Assembly (NCBI GenBank): GCA_964576615.1
Contig: CAZNUU010000003.1
Location: 6,523 to 70,522, forward strand
Reading direction: 5' to 3'
Source of the DNA: an uncultured Candidatus Saccharibacteria bacterium
GTDB taxonomy: Bacteria > Patescibacteriota > Minisyncoccia > Phycocordibacterales > DATDWN01
DNA length: 64,000 nucleotides
Shown: positions 45,797 through 54,841 of the stretch, piece by piece
How positions within the stretch are numbered: the first letter of the stretch is position 1
How the letters are laid out: each line of letters opens with the position of its first letter
Made by a program: the position numbers and the translations under genes
Notes under the pieces: generated by a model
Seen by the model: only the letters and a program-made list of their open reading frames with translations
The model's database searches: none
Told to the model about the DNA's origin: nothing

Positions 45797-46378
45797 ATGA
45801 AACCATTTGTCGAGAAAAAATTTAATATCCCAGAGTTAAAGGGAATCTCAAGAAAAACAATCGAAGAGCACCTAAAGCTTTACGCCGGTTATGTAAAACA
45901 CCTAAATTTGGTTCACGAAATAGTGGAAAACCAAGGTAATCCAGAGTATGCCAGACGCGAAACCTATAGAAGACAAGCTTTTGAATTCGATGGTATGAGA
46001 AACCATGAATACTACTTTGAAAGCTTTGAAGGCGGCCCTCAAAAAATATCGGAAGATTCAGATTTGTATAAAAAAATTGTGGACTGGTGTGGTTCATTTG
46101 AAACTTTTATGACAATTTTCAAAAACCTAGCTACGACACGTGGAGTGGGTTGGGCAATGCTCGGTTATGACAAAAAAACTGACAGGCTAATTCAATATTG
46201 GGTGGACGAACAACATTTTGGACATTTAACTGGAGTCTCTCCAGTTCTCGCCCTCGATATGTGGGAACACTCTTATGTTGCGGATTACCAGCCAAGCGGC
46301 AAAGCTCAATATGTTGCGGATTTTTTTGAGAATCTAAACTGGGGAAAGATTGAAGAGAATTTTAAGAATGCATTGTAA
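45797..46378 (+). CDS. Fe/Mn superoxide dismutase family protein
   Basis: EHLKLY.GYV, NHEYYF, GVGWA, LALDMWEHSY..DY. Confidence 0.9.
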   Translation: MKPFVEKKFNIPELKGISRKTIEEHLKLYAGYVKHLNLVHEIVENQGNPEYARRETYRRQAFEFDGMRNHEYYFESFEGGPQKISEDSDLYKKIVDWCGSFETFMTIFKNLATTRGVGWAMLGYDKKTDRLIQYWVDEQHFGHLTGVSPVLALDMWEHSYVADYQPSGKAQYVADFFENLNWGKIEENFKNAL

Positions 46379-46430
46379 AGATACTTGACTCTCTAATAAT
46401 TCATGTTACTATCATAGCTAGGAGGTTGGA

Positions 46431-46730
46431 ATGACGCTGTACCAGACAGTGAAGAATCGCCCACATCCCGATTGGGTCACGCAGCATGCTCGACTCGGCG
46501 CAGTTGCCGAGATCGAAGGACACAAGGCGGCAATCTTGGTCCTGGAGGAGTTCCTCAGGGACACCGATCCAGGGAAAGTGGCGACTTCGAAGACAAAAGC
46601 CCCTACGGAGAAGAGCGGGGGGCGCCGGCGAAAGGCGATGTCTGCCAAGAACCGTAAGGCCGTCTCAGTCCGGATGAAGAAGTACTGGGCCGACAGGCGG
46701 AAGGCCAAGAGGGCCTCTCGCAAGAAGTAA
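46431..46730 (+). CDS. cassette ORF, highly basic histone-like/nucleic-acid-binding protein
   Basis: MSAKNRKAVSVRMKKYWADRRK; TTGACT-16-TACTAT (46385-46412), AGGAGGT SD, hairpin TTCGGCA..TGCCGAA. Confidence 0.8.
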   Translation: MTLYQTVKNRPHPDWVTQHARLGAVAEIEGHKAAILVLEEFLRDTDPGKVATSKTKAPTEKSGGRRRKAMSAKNRKAVSVRMKKYWADRRKAKRASRKK

Positions 46731-46769
46731 CAAGTTCGGCATCTGATCGCAAGGTCAGGTGCCGAATTC

Positions 46770-48338
46770 TCATTTATGCGAAAGTTTGTTTATGGAATAC
46801 AGACCGGCAACTACTGCCAAATATATAAAAACCAAAACAATCGGAGAAAAAGCAGGGAGACTTACAGCTCCAAACGGGAGACTCGCGCCGATATGAATTA
46901 TCTTTAGCTGATACCAGAGAAGCGCATAAGCAAAAAGAGCTGGGATAAAAGAAAGATAGAGAGAAATTGTTCCAACTAAGCCCGTAAGAAACCCCAGAAA
47001 CATTGTAAGTGGTACAACTCCTAAAATTAGAATATTTACCGGCAAAGAAACCAGAGAAAGTATGCCAGTATTGTAAATCAAAAATGGCAAAACTGTAATT
47101 TGAGTTGCTATCGTGCTTGAAACTATCTCGCCTAAAACTCCACTTTGTGGAGTTCGGCCGATCGATCCTTTGGATCGATTTAGGCGTAAGCCATATTTTT
47201 CGGTAACGAATTTTAGGTACGGTGAAATAATTGGCGAGACCCAGATAAGACCAATTGTCGCCAGGACAGAAAGCTGAAAAGAGGAATCGAAAACCAAAAG
47301 AAGCGGGTTTGGTGCAAGCATTAAAACAACAGCAAAACCCAACGCGCGACTAGCTTTGTAATCTCTGTTTAATTTCTTAGCCGAGAGTGCAACCAAAACC
47401 ATTATCGCGGCTCGCCAAGCTGATGCCCCTCCTCCAGAGAGAACTGTAAACAAAATTACAGCGATTGATCCGAAAACAAAGGAGAGATTTTGGGGCAGAA
47501 ATCTCAAAGCGCTCATTATACTGTTTGCAACAATTGCAATATTGTATCCAGAAAGAACAACCACATGGGAAACTCCAGCTCTTTGAAACTCGGTGAGTAA
47601 TTCTTTGCCTAACGACTGTTTTGCCCCCAAAAGAAGACCGGTCATGAAACTTGATTCTGGTTCAGGAAGTGCTTGACCCAGAGCATTTGTGAAAGCATTT
47701 TTGATTTTATATAGAATGCTTTTTATCCCTGAACCGTTGTTATGAGAAATTAGGGTAACCTTGTCGTATTTATTGTTACTGGTATACCAAATTCCTCTAG
47801 CTCGCAGATACCCACTGTAATCAAAAACTCTACCATCACTTGATTCGATGTTTTTTGGCTCTTGGAGCAAGAGGCTTAATCTAATTTTGTCACCATAAGA
47901 GAACTCGGGGTAAATCGGCACCGTGACTAAAACTTTTTCCCTAAATCCAGACGAAGTCTGGATCGGGCGACCATCTGCAGTCGCAGATGGTTTAGCCTCT
48001 ATTTCGGTAATCTGTAAAGTCAGTTTTGTATTATCTTCCCGCACATCTGGTTCAGAGGCAATAATCCCCTCGACTGAAACTTTTTGTCCCACGTAATCTT
48101 TGAGATTTGACGTTTGATAAAGATTAGAAAAATTTACTCTTACCGCACCAACAATAAATCCAACTAAAAACAATGATGTTAAAACCAAAACAAGCCTACC
48201 TTTTTGCTCTACGAAATATCTGTAGAGAAAGACTACTGCCGTGACAACAAGAAGGACAATGATTGATAAATATGAGAAATGAAAGAAGGATGCAACTGCG
48301 ACCCCACCTAAAAATCCGAATATAAAAGATAAAATCAT
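46770..48338 (-). CDS. comEC: ComEC competence DNA channel (DUF4131 + Competence domain)
   Basis: G..HVVVLSGYN, RAAIM, SFQLS.LAT; multiple TMs. Confidence 0.92.
   Translation of the reverse strand: MILSFIFGFLGGVAVASFFHFSYLSIIVLLVVTAVVFLYRYFVEQKGRLVLVLTSLFLVGFIVGAVRVNFSNLYQTSNLKDYVGQKVSVEGIIASEPDVREDNTKLTLQITEIEAKPSATADGRPIQTSSGFREKVLVTVPIYPEFSYGDKIRLSLLLQEPKNIESSDGRVFDYSGYLRARGIWYTSNNKYDKVTLISHNNGSGIKSILYKIKNAFTNALGQALPEPESSFMTGLLLGAKQSLGKELLTEFQRAGVSHVVVLSGYNIAIVANSIMSALRFLPQNLSFVFGSIAVILFTVLSGGGASAWRAAIMVLVALSAKKLNRDYKASRALGFAVVLMLAPNPLLLVFDSSFQLSVLATIGLIWVSPIISPYLKFVTEKYGLRLNRSKGSIGRTPQSGVLGEIVSSTIATQITVLPFLIYNTGILSLVSLPVNILILGVVPLTMFLGFLTGLVGTISLYLSFIPALFAYALLWYQLKIIHIGASLPFGAVSLPAFSPIVLVFIYLAVVAGLYSINKLSHK
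47129..47186. repeat. double-hairpin element CTAA-hp-CGGCCG-hp-TTAG (copy 2), in frame within comEC
   Basis: AACTCCAC/GTGGAGTT and ATCGATCC/GGATCGAT, flanked by CGCCTAA/TTAGGCG. Confidence 0.8.
47941..47995. repeat. double-hairpin element CTAA-hp-CGGGCG-hp-TTAG (copy 3), in frame within comEC
   Basis: ATCCAGAC/GTCTGGAT and ACCATCTGC/GCAGATGGT. Confidence 0.8.
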
Positions 48339-49018
48339 TTAGAATACTCCTTTATTGTCTGTGCCTCCTCTTCTTCGGAAAATACTTTTTTATATTTTGC
48401 ACCAGATACACCATGAACTCTCACCTTGCATTCTTCCCAAGTTTTGTGAGTTTCTATCCTACCATTTACAACACTTACATAAGAGTATGGTTTTTTTGTT
48501 GTTTTTGATTTTTTACTTTTAGAATTTTGTATCTGGTCGACAGAAATTGAAACTTTGTAATCCGAAAGTTTGCCTTTATACAAGGTTGTTGGATTTTTGT
48601 CCGCAAAGGACGTGGCAATTTCGTCACATCTTTCGTTTGCGGCTGTACCTGAGTGCCCCTTTATTAATTTCCAATCAATTATTTTAAAATCCGTAAGCTT
48701 CACCAGTTTTTCCCAAAGATCTCTGTTTATGACATCCTCCTTTTTTGATGTTCGCCAATTATTTTTCTGCCAACCTTTGACCCAGCGAGTAATTCCATTA
48801 AGAACATAAGCCGAATCCGCATAAATTGTTATTTCCTCGCCATCTGAGACTTCCTGCAAAGCAGAAATAACAGCCATTAGTTCCATTCTATTATTCGTAG
48901 TATTATCTTCTCTACCTCCTAACTCTGTAACCCCGCCATCTTTTATTAAAATAGCTCCCCAACCTCCGGGACCAGGATTGGATCTCGCCGCTCCATCAGT
49001 AAAAATAGTTGTTGTCAT
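48335..49018 (-). CDS. rnhA: ribonuclease HI with C-terminal hybrid-binding (viroplasmin-like) domain
   Basis: FTDGA..NPGPGGWG, TTNNRMEL, KGHSG..NERCD; TWEECK.RV.GVSGAKYKK. Confidence 0.92.
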   Translation of the reverse strand: MTTTIFTDGAARSNPGPGGWGAILIKDGGVTELGGREDNTTNNRMELMAVISALQEVSDGEEITIYADSAYVLNGITRWVKGWQKNNWRTSKKEDVINRDLWEKLVKLTDFKIIDWKLIKGHSGTAANERCDEIATSFADKNPTTLYKGKLSDYKVSISVDQIQNSKSKKSKTTKKPYSYVSVVNGRIETHKTWEECKVRVHGVSGAKYKKVFSEEEEAQTIKEYSK

Positions 49019-49142
49019 TAATTTAAAGTATAACAAAAGCGGCGTCCACATTAGAGACGCCGCTTGACTCATGGTGACCTTTCCGCTCCGGTGAAGGAGC
49101 AGTTGCCATTACCAGCCGTCGAGGCAAGCCCCGAGCGCTATT

Positions 49143-49367
49143 TCATGCTTGTTTCTCCAATGCCCCGGCGATGAACAAAGCCAGAGCCATACCTGCAGCA
49201 ACTACCCCACCTACGGATACCCCAATCAAGATATCCGAGCTGTAGACGGGAATATCACCCTGGGGCGTATAGATTACGCCGTGAAATCCGTACTTGGTCG
49301 CCAGAGTTACGCAGACAGCGAGTGCAAGGGTAAACTCGACTATCAGAATATAAAAGAGTTTTCTCAC
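49143..49367 (-). CDS. cassette ORF, two-TM protein (GTG start, MRKLFYIL...)
   Basis: TTGACC-17-TATCCT (49384-49412), GGAGG SD, terminator AAGCGGCGTC/GACGCCGCTT. Confidence 0.7.
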   Translation of the reverse strand: MRKLFYILIVEFTLALAVCVTLATKYGFHGVIYTPQGDIPVYSSDILIGVSVGGVVAAGMALALFIAGALEKQA

Positions 49368-49414
49368 TGAAACCTCCAGAGAGAGGATAACACATAAAAT
49401 GCTCCTGGTCAAAT

Positions 49415-51121
49415 TTAGTAAACATCAACTATTCTAAGTCTTATTTCGGGAGTATTTCTAAATGTAGACTTTTCCATAGTCGCAATCATGTTTATTTTAT
49501 TGCCTACCTCGAGAGAGACTCTAAATTTTTCTGCAGTTGTAAAAAAAGATATTGCAGTAACATCTTCGCCACGAGAATTTTTAAACTTAAGCTCTAGATG
49601 ATCCTTGGCCTTACCGAACATCTTTACGCCAGAAGTTTCAATATTCTCTAGTAGAAATAGTGGCTTTGGATTATCAAAACCAAACGGGGCAAACCTTTCT
49701 ACCTCATTCCAGGTTTTCTCATTTACATCATCCAGTGTAATTTTTTTATCAATAAAAATCACATCTTCTTTTTTTTCGTCTTTGACCAATTCCCTGAATG
49801 CTTTGTTTAACCTATCTTCCAATTCGTGAATATTTTCCTGCTTCATAGAAAAACCTCCTGCGCCTTTATGCCCACCATACTCCACAAAAAGATCTTTGAC
49901 CTTATCCATAATACTCACTACATCTACTACTCCATCACCTCGACAGGATCCTTTTATAAGTCCGTCCTCATCTCCATTTCTCCCCCAAAAAAATACTGGC
50001 CTGGCATGTTCTTCCGAAAAACTGCTCGCTACCAGACCCAAAAGAGATGGCTTCCAAGCTGGATCACCGAAAACCAGAACATCTTTCATATCCTCCTTAT
50101 TTTTTATTTTTTGTTTTATTTCTCTCACCATACTACCAACTAAGCCTTTCCTCTCTTCGTTCTTATTATTCAAATGAATTGCCATCTCACCTGCCTCTAC
50201 TTCATTCGTTGTAGATAATAGGAGAAAGGCATCGTGAGGTACACCCATTCGCGAGGCCGCATTTATTCTAGGAGTTACCATAAACGTTAGATCATCTTCT
50301 GTGAGAGTTTGTTGATTAATATTTAAAAGTGAAAATAATTTCATAAGCCCAACTCTGGGAGTTTTCTGCAAAACTTTCATACCAAAATAAGAAAGTATTC
50401 TGTTCTCACCAAGTAAGGGAACCATATCCGAAAGAGTAGCTAAGCCTACCATGTCTAGTAACCATTTTTCCTGGCCTTTGGGGAAACTGACTCCCCCAGA
50501 ATTTATGAGAGCCACTATAAGCCTGAAAATTACCCCCGAACCACACAGCATTTTCTCGGGATATTTATCACCTTTTTGCTTGGGGTTAATAATTGCGTAA
50601 GCTTTCGGTAATTTTTCTAGAGGAGTGTGGTGATCGGTTATGATTGTCTCCATATCGAGTTCATTTGCGAGGTCCACCTGATCTACATCGGTTATACCAC
50701 AATCAATAGTTACGATAAGTTTTACACCTTCTTTAGCAATTTTTTCAATTGCTTCTTTGTTTAAACCAAAACCTTCTTCGTTTCGCAGTGGAATATAGTT
50801 AATAAAATTTTTGAAACCTATTTTTTTAAAAAAATCATGCAGAATTACTGCTCCTGGAATACCATCCGCATCATAGTCTGAAAAAATTGCAACTTTTTCT
50901 TTTTTCTTGATTGCTTTGAGAATTCTTTTTACTGCCTTATCCATATCCTTGAGTAAATATGGATCTGCTAAATTTTCGTACTTAGGATTTAGAAACTCTT
51001 CCGCAGAATTTTGGTCCTCAATACCACGAAAATACAATAATTCTTGGGTGAAGGGAGAATAGACTTCTAGTTTTTCCTGGATTGCTCTCGGGATTGGCTC
51101 TCTTACGGAGTAATTTTTCAT
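49415..51121 (-). CDS. recJ: ssDNA exonuclease RecJ
   Basis: DYDADG, TIDCG, TDHH, PRINA..R, GGH..A.G, APFG..NP.P. Confidence 0.96.
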   Translation of the reverse strand: MKNYSVREPIPRAIQEKLEVYSPFTQELLYFRGIEDQNSAEEFLNPKYENLADPYLLKDMDKAVKRILKAIKKKEKVAIFSDYDADGIPGAVILHDFFKKIGFKNFINYIPLRNEEGFGLNKEAIEKIAKEGVKLIVTIDCGITDVDQVDLANELDMETIITDHHTPLEKLPKAYAIINPKQKGDKYPEKMLCGSGVIFRLIVALINSGGVSFPKGQEKWLLDMVGLATLSDMVPLLGENRILSYFGMKVLQKTPRVGLMKLFSLLNINQQTLTEDDLTFMVTPRINAASRMGVPHDAFLLLSTTNEVEAGEMAIHLNNKNEERKGLVGSMVREIKQKIKNKEDMKDVLVFGDPAWKPSLLGLVASSFSEEHARPVFFWGRNGDEDGLIKGSCRGDGVVDVVSIMDKVKDLFVEYGGHKGAGGFSMKQENIHELEDRLNKAFRELVKDEKKEDVIFIDKKITLDDVNEKTWNEVERFAPFGFDNPKPLFLLENIETSGVKMFGKAKDHLELKFKNSRGEDVTAISFFTTAEKFRVSLEVGNKINMIATMEKSTFRNTPEIRLRIVDVY

Positions 51122-51161
51122 CCCATCAGTTTAGCACGATAAAACATGCTACTATATTGTC

Positions 51162-51494
51162 ATGGATAATTGTATATTTTGTAAAATTGTAAGAGATGAA
51201 ATCCCCTCTGAGAAAGTCCACCACGAATCAGGTGAGATTGTGAGTTTTCTAGATATCCATCCAGTTGCCCCAGGACATACTTTAGTTGTACCGATGGAAC
51301 ATCACCAGTGGTTTCAAGATCTACCCGATGAACTTTTTGATAAACTTTTTCGAACAGCCAAGAAACTGTCATCGGAGCTAAAGGAAAAATACAAAGCTGA
51401 CTACATAAGGTTATCTGTTGTTGGCAAAGACGTACCCCATGTCCACATTCATCTCATACCCCAAAATCTTAAAGATGATGTCCCTACTTCTTAA
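51162..51494 (+). CDS. HIT family nucleotide hydrolase
   Basis: CIFCKI, PGHTLVVP, VPHVHIHLIP. Confidence 0.93.
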   Translation: MDNCIFCKIVRDEIPSEKVHHESGEIVSFLDIHPVAPGHTLVVPMEHHQWFQDLPDELFDKLFRTAKKLSSELKEKYKADYIRLSVVGKDVPHVHIHLIPQNLKDDVPTS

Positions 51495-52629
51495 GAGCCT
51501 CAATCCCAACCAGAGTTTCATCAACGAGAAAATCTATCATTGCTCCACCGCCAGTTGAGACGAAGCTAAAGTTGTGATCAATTCCAAGATTTTGGATGGC
51601 AGCAACTGTGTCTCCCCCGCCGATAATACTCATAAACCCTCCGTGCAAAGTTTTCTCGGATATCATTTTGGCTAAACTTTCTGTTTTTTGCTCAAAACCA
51701 GCTTCGTAGTTTCCTAAAGGACCATTCCACACTACAGATCTCGCGTTTTTGAGGAGTAAATCAAGTTGGTTAATTGTTTGATCACCCACATCTGAGATGT
51801 ACTCATCTTTCTCTACTTCATTTGCTGCCTTGGAGACCGACTGTCCGTCCTTGGTAGCAGTAACATCAGCTGGAATAGAGAGCTTTGGACTTGAAAGAAT
51901 ATCTTTTAGATCAATTTCTTCTTTTGAAACAAGAGATGTCCCAACTTCATAGCCTTTTTCCTTAAACAAATCATTAGCTAAAGCTCCTCCCACAAAAACA
52001 TTATCTGCAACTTGCAAATATTTTCGAATTAAGGGAAGTTTTGTTTCAAACTTTGCTCCACCTAGGATAAAGACAAACGGATGGTCAGGATTAAAAATTT
52101 TAGATAAGTGCTCTATCTCCTGCCTCATCTGTAATCCTGCGTAATGGGGCAAAAACTCTGGTACCCCAACAATTGAGGCGTGGCTTCTGTGAGAGACCGA
52201 GAAAGCATCGTTTACATAAAGGTCTGCCATTTGAGCTAGCTTTTTTGCGAATTCGGGATCATTTTTAACTTCGCCAGGATCATTACGTACATTTTCAAAA
52301 AGAAGTACATCTTTGCTTTTCATTTTCAAGATTTTATCTACTGCCTCGGCAGTAAAAAAACTTTTTGAGAATTCTACCTTAAAATAACCATTTAAATAAT
52401 CTAAAACCGGTAACAGAGTTGTTGGATTACCTTCCTTATCCTCAATATGAGAGAGAATTATTATTTGGGCTTCTTTTTCTCGCAGGAAATCGACTGTACC
52501 TATAACCTTTTCAATACGATATGTATCGGAAACTTGGCCATCGACAATCGGCACATTTAAATCGAGAAGTAAAAGAACTCTTTTGCCCTTGAGATCATCT
52601 TTTTCTAACTCATCTAAATATTTGAGCAT
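51484..52629 (-). CDS. pgk: phosphoglycerate kinase
   Basis: DLNVP, YVNDAF..SHR.HAS, VWNGPLG, STGGGA. Confidence 0.96.
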   Translation of the reverse strand: MLKYLDELEKDDLKGKRVLLLLDLNVPIVDGQVSDTYRIEKVIGTVDFLREKEAQIIILSHIEDKEGNPTTLLPVLDYLNGYFKVEFSKSFFTAEAVDKILKMKSKDVLLFENVRNDPGEVKNDPEFAKKLAQMADLYVNDAFSVSHRSHASIVGVPEFLPHYAGLQMRQEIEHLSKIFNPDHPFVFILGGAKFETKLPLIRKYLQVADNVFVGGALANDLFKEKGYEVGTSLVSKEEIDLKDILSSPKLSIPADVTATKDGQSVSKAANEVEKDEYISDVGDQTINQLDLLLKNARSVVWNGPLGNYEAGFEQKTESLAKMISEKTLHGGFMSIIGGGDTVAAIQNLGIDHNFSFVSTGGGAMIDFLVDETLVGIEALKK

Positions 52630-52637
52630 ATGAGAAT

Positions 52638-53396
52638 TTAAACCGAATCAACAAGTTTCAAGATTTCAATGAAGTCCTTGGAACGCAGAGACTCCCTCCC
52701 CACCAGAAGTCCTGAAACATTGCCGTCTCGAACCAAGGAGTCTGCATTTACTCGATCTGCAGTACCACCGTAGAGAATTCTGATGTAATCTGCTGAGATC
52801 CCATACATATCTTTCAATACTTTTCTAATAAAAATCGACATCTCGTGCAAATCTCTCGGATGCATTGCCTCTTTTGCACCTATTGCCCAAATTGGTTCAT
52901 AGGCGATAACAACATTGTCAGCTGACTTTTTTGAAACATCTCTAAGACCGGTTTGAATTTGCTGTTTTATGAGATTATAAAACTCTCCGTTTTGATCCCG
53001 GCTTGATTCACCTACACAAAGAATTGCTGTCATATTTGCATTCACCACGGATTTTACTTTTTTATTTATTACTTCGTCTGTTTCTCCCATCTTTCTTCTC
53101 TCCGAGTGGCCCAAAATAACATAATCCACCCCAAACTGTGGCAACTCCGAAAAACTGATTTCCCCCGTGAAGGCTCCGAGATACTCATGATGCGCATTTT
53201 GTGCCCCCAAGTAGAGTGGTTTGTTAACTAATTTTGCCAAGGGTAATAAATAAACAAATGGTGGACAGATACAGACGTTAGTTTTTCTTAAGTTCCTAGC
53301 TGTTCTTTTAACATCTTTAACCAAATCCTTAGCTTCATTTAAAGAGGGCGGATTCATCTTCCAGTTGGCAACTACCAGCTTTTTCTGTTTTTTCAT
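52638..53396 (-). CDS. tpiA: triosephosphate isomerase
   Basis: ANWKMN, GHSERR, AYEPIWAIG, LYGG. Confidence 0.97.
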   Translation of the reverse strand: MKKQKKLVVANWKMNPPSLNEAKDLVKDVKRTARNLRKTNVCICPPFVYLLPLAKLVNKPLYLGAQNAHHEYLGAFTGEISFSELPQFGVDYVILGHSERRKMGETDEVINKKVKSVVNANMTAILCVGESSRDQNGEFYNLIKQQIQTGLRDVSKKSADNVVIAYEPIWAIGAKEAMHPRDLHEMSIFIRKVLKDMYGISADYIRILYGGTADRVNADSLVRDGNVSGLLVGRESLRSKDFIEILKLVDSV

Positions 53397-53419
53397 AGCT
53401 ATATTTTAACATAAACAAG

Positions 53420-53549
53420 AGTTCTGAATCTTGTTGAGTCATGTTTCGAAAAAAGCCTTGGGAGCGCGACTGGCGCGAGCACGAGGAATTTTCTAGCAAG
53501 AAAATATCCGAGCTTTTTAAGGAATATGACGAGTAACAAATTTGGAACT
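53420..53549. repeat. 130 bp foldback element abutting stop of pilus-associated gene
   Basis: AGTTCTGAATCTTGTT..AACAAATTTGGAACT ends; contains ATATGACGAGTA like the ERIC terminus. Confidence 0.6.
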
Positions 53550-53550
53550 T

Positions 53551-54840
53551 TTACTGTATTTCCTGATAGGAAGATATGTCATACCCCCCACTAGGTCCGC
53601 TCTCAAATAAAACGGATGGAAGCCCTGTGTCATAAGTAACATTTGCTGAGTTTTGCAAAATTATTTTATAAGCAGTCACTTCTTTAATACTGACAGATTG
53701 TTGGAGCGTTATCTGACCATGACTTGCGTAGGCAACGAGCGCGGATGCACCCTGTCCCATGGAAATGGCATTGGTAGATCCACCAGTTTCCGAACTATTA
53801 TTTTGGGAAATCATGAAAACATATGAGCCTGTAGAACCCGAACCTTGAAAGACGGTGTTTTGACCAATAGTAATTATTCCACTTCCTGTGGAATTCGAAG
53901 AATTATCAGCAATTATTGCCACATTACTTGAACCAAGAGATGAGGCCATTTTAATAGTCGGACTTACTTGGGTATCGATGTTCCCCGTTGCCCAAATCGG
54001 CCCAGTTACCGTAACCGTTATACCAGAACCCTTGATAAGCAGATCACATGGAATTTTTTTAGGGCCAATAGTAGTGTCACTAGAAATTGTATACTTGCCG
54101 CCTGTACAGGTTACTGATCCTCCAGAAGCAGCATCAGATTCCCACTCACTTATTTGAGAATCAGGAATTGGCAGAGCAACATCACCTTGGTCCGGCGCTC
54201 CAGGATGGCTAGTACCACCAACAGTAGTACTTGTAATTGTTGTGTAATACGCGTCCTTGTCAACAGTCGAATTCTGAATAGTGTGGGCAAAAGCTGTACC
54301 AGTTGCATGAATACCATTTATTAATCCACTCGAACCAGAGGAAACAACATCACCTGCGACAACATTATTGCCAGTACCTGTAACAGAACCGGCGGAATGA
54401 ACATTTCCAGTTATTGATGAGCTGTTTTGAAGATCGAACCCACCTCGACCAGATTGAACTCCATAGTGAAACGAAATTCCTGTTCCCAGAATAATATCCA
54501 TTTTCATTTTACGAGCATTACTAGAAGTCGTAGCCAGAGAAATGATATCTTTTCCTCCGGTGATATCAGATGTAAGGGTAGTTGTTGTACTGTTGTTGAG
54601 ACTTAAATCCTCACGCGTAGAATATACTTTACTGTTTTTTACTCTGTAATAGATATCTTCTAGACCACTTTGTGCGGTATAAAAGCTCTGATAGGAGCGA
54701 ACTAGATTTTTTGAGATTGCTGCTTCTTTTAGAATTGGATTTATGATGCCAAAAACGATAACAATAGAAGCAAACATGAAAAAGATAACCATAGTGAGCA
54801 TGGCTTGACCGGATTTAAAATTTTTTAGATCTTTTTTCAT
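53551..54840 (-). CDS. PilX-like minor pilin / pilus tip-associated protein
   Basis: K..SGQAML + TM, A.SG.E motif, Ser/Thr/Gly-rich beta domain. Confidence 0.75.
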   Translation of the reverse strand: MKKDLKNFKSGQAMLTMVIFFMFASIVIVFGIINPILKEAAISKNLVRSYQSFYTAQSGLEDIYYRVKNSKVYSTREDLSLNNSTTTTLTSDITGGKDIISLATTSSNARKMKMDIILGTGISFHYGVQSGRGGFDLQNSSSITGNVHSAGSVTGTGNNVVAGDVVSSGSSGLINGIHATGTAFAHTIQNSTVDKDAYYTTITSTTVGGTSHPGAPDQGDVALPIPDSQISEWESDAASGGSVTCTGGKYTISSDTTIGPKKIPCDLLIKGSGITVTVTGPIWATGNIDTQVSPTIKMASSLGSSNVAIIADNSSNSTGSGIITIGQNTVFQGSGSTGSYVFMISQNNSSETGGSTNAISMGQGASALVAYASHGQITLQQSVSIKEVTAYKIILQNSANVTYDTGLPSVLFESGPSGGYDISSYQEIQ

Positions 54841-54841
54841 A

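Noticed and set aside
49071-49110. SRP RNA
   Set aside because: Lacks the conserved CAGG/GNRA/AGCAG helix-8 arrangement and the long stem.
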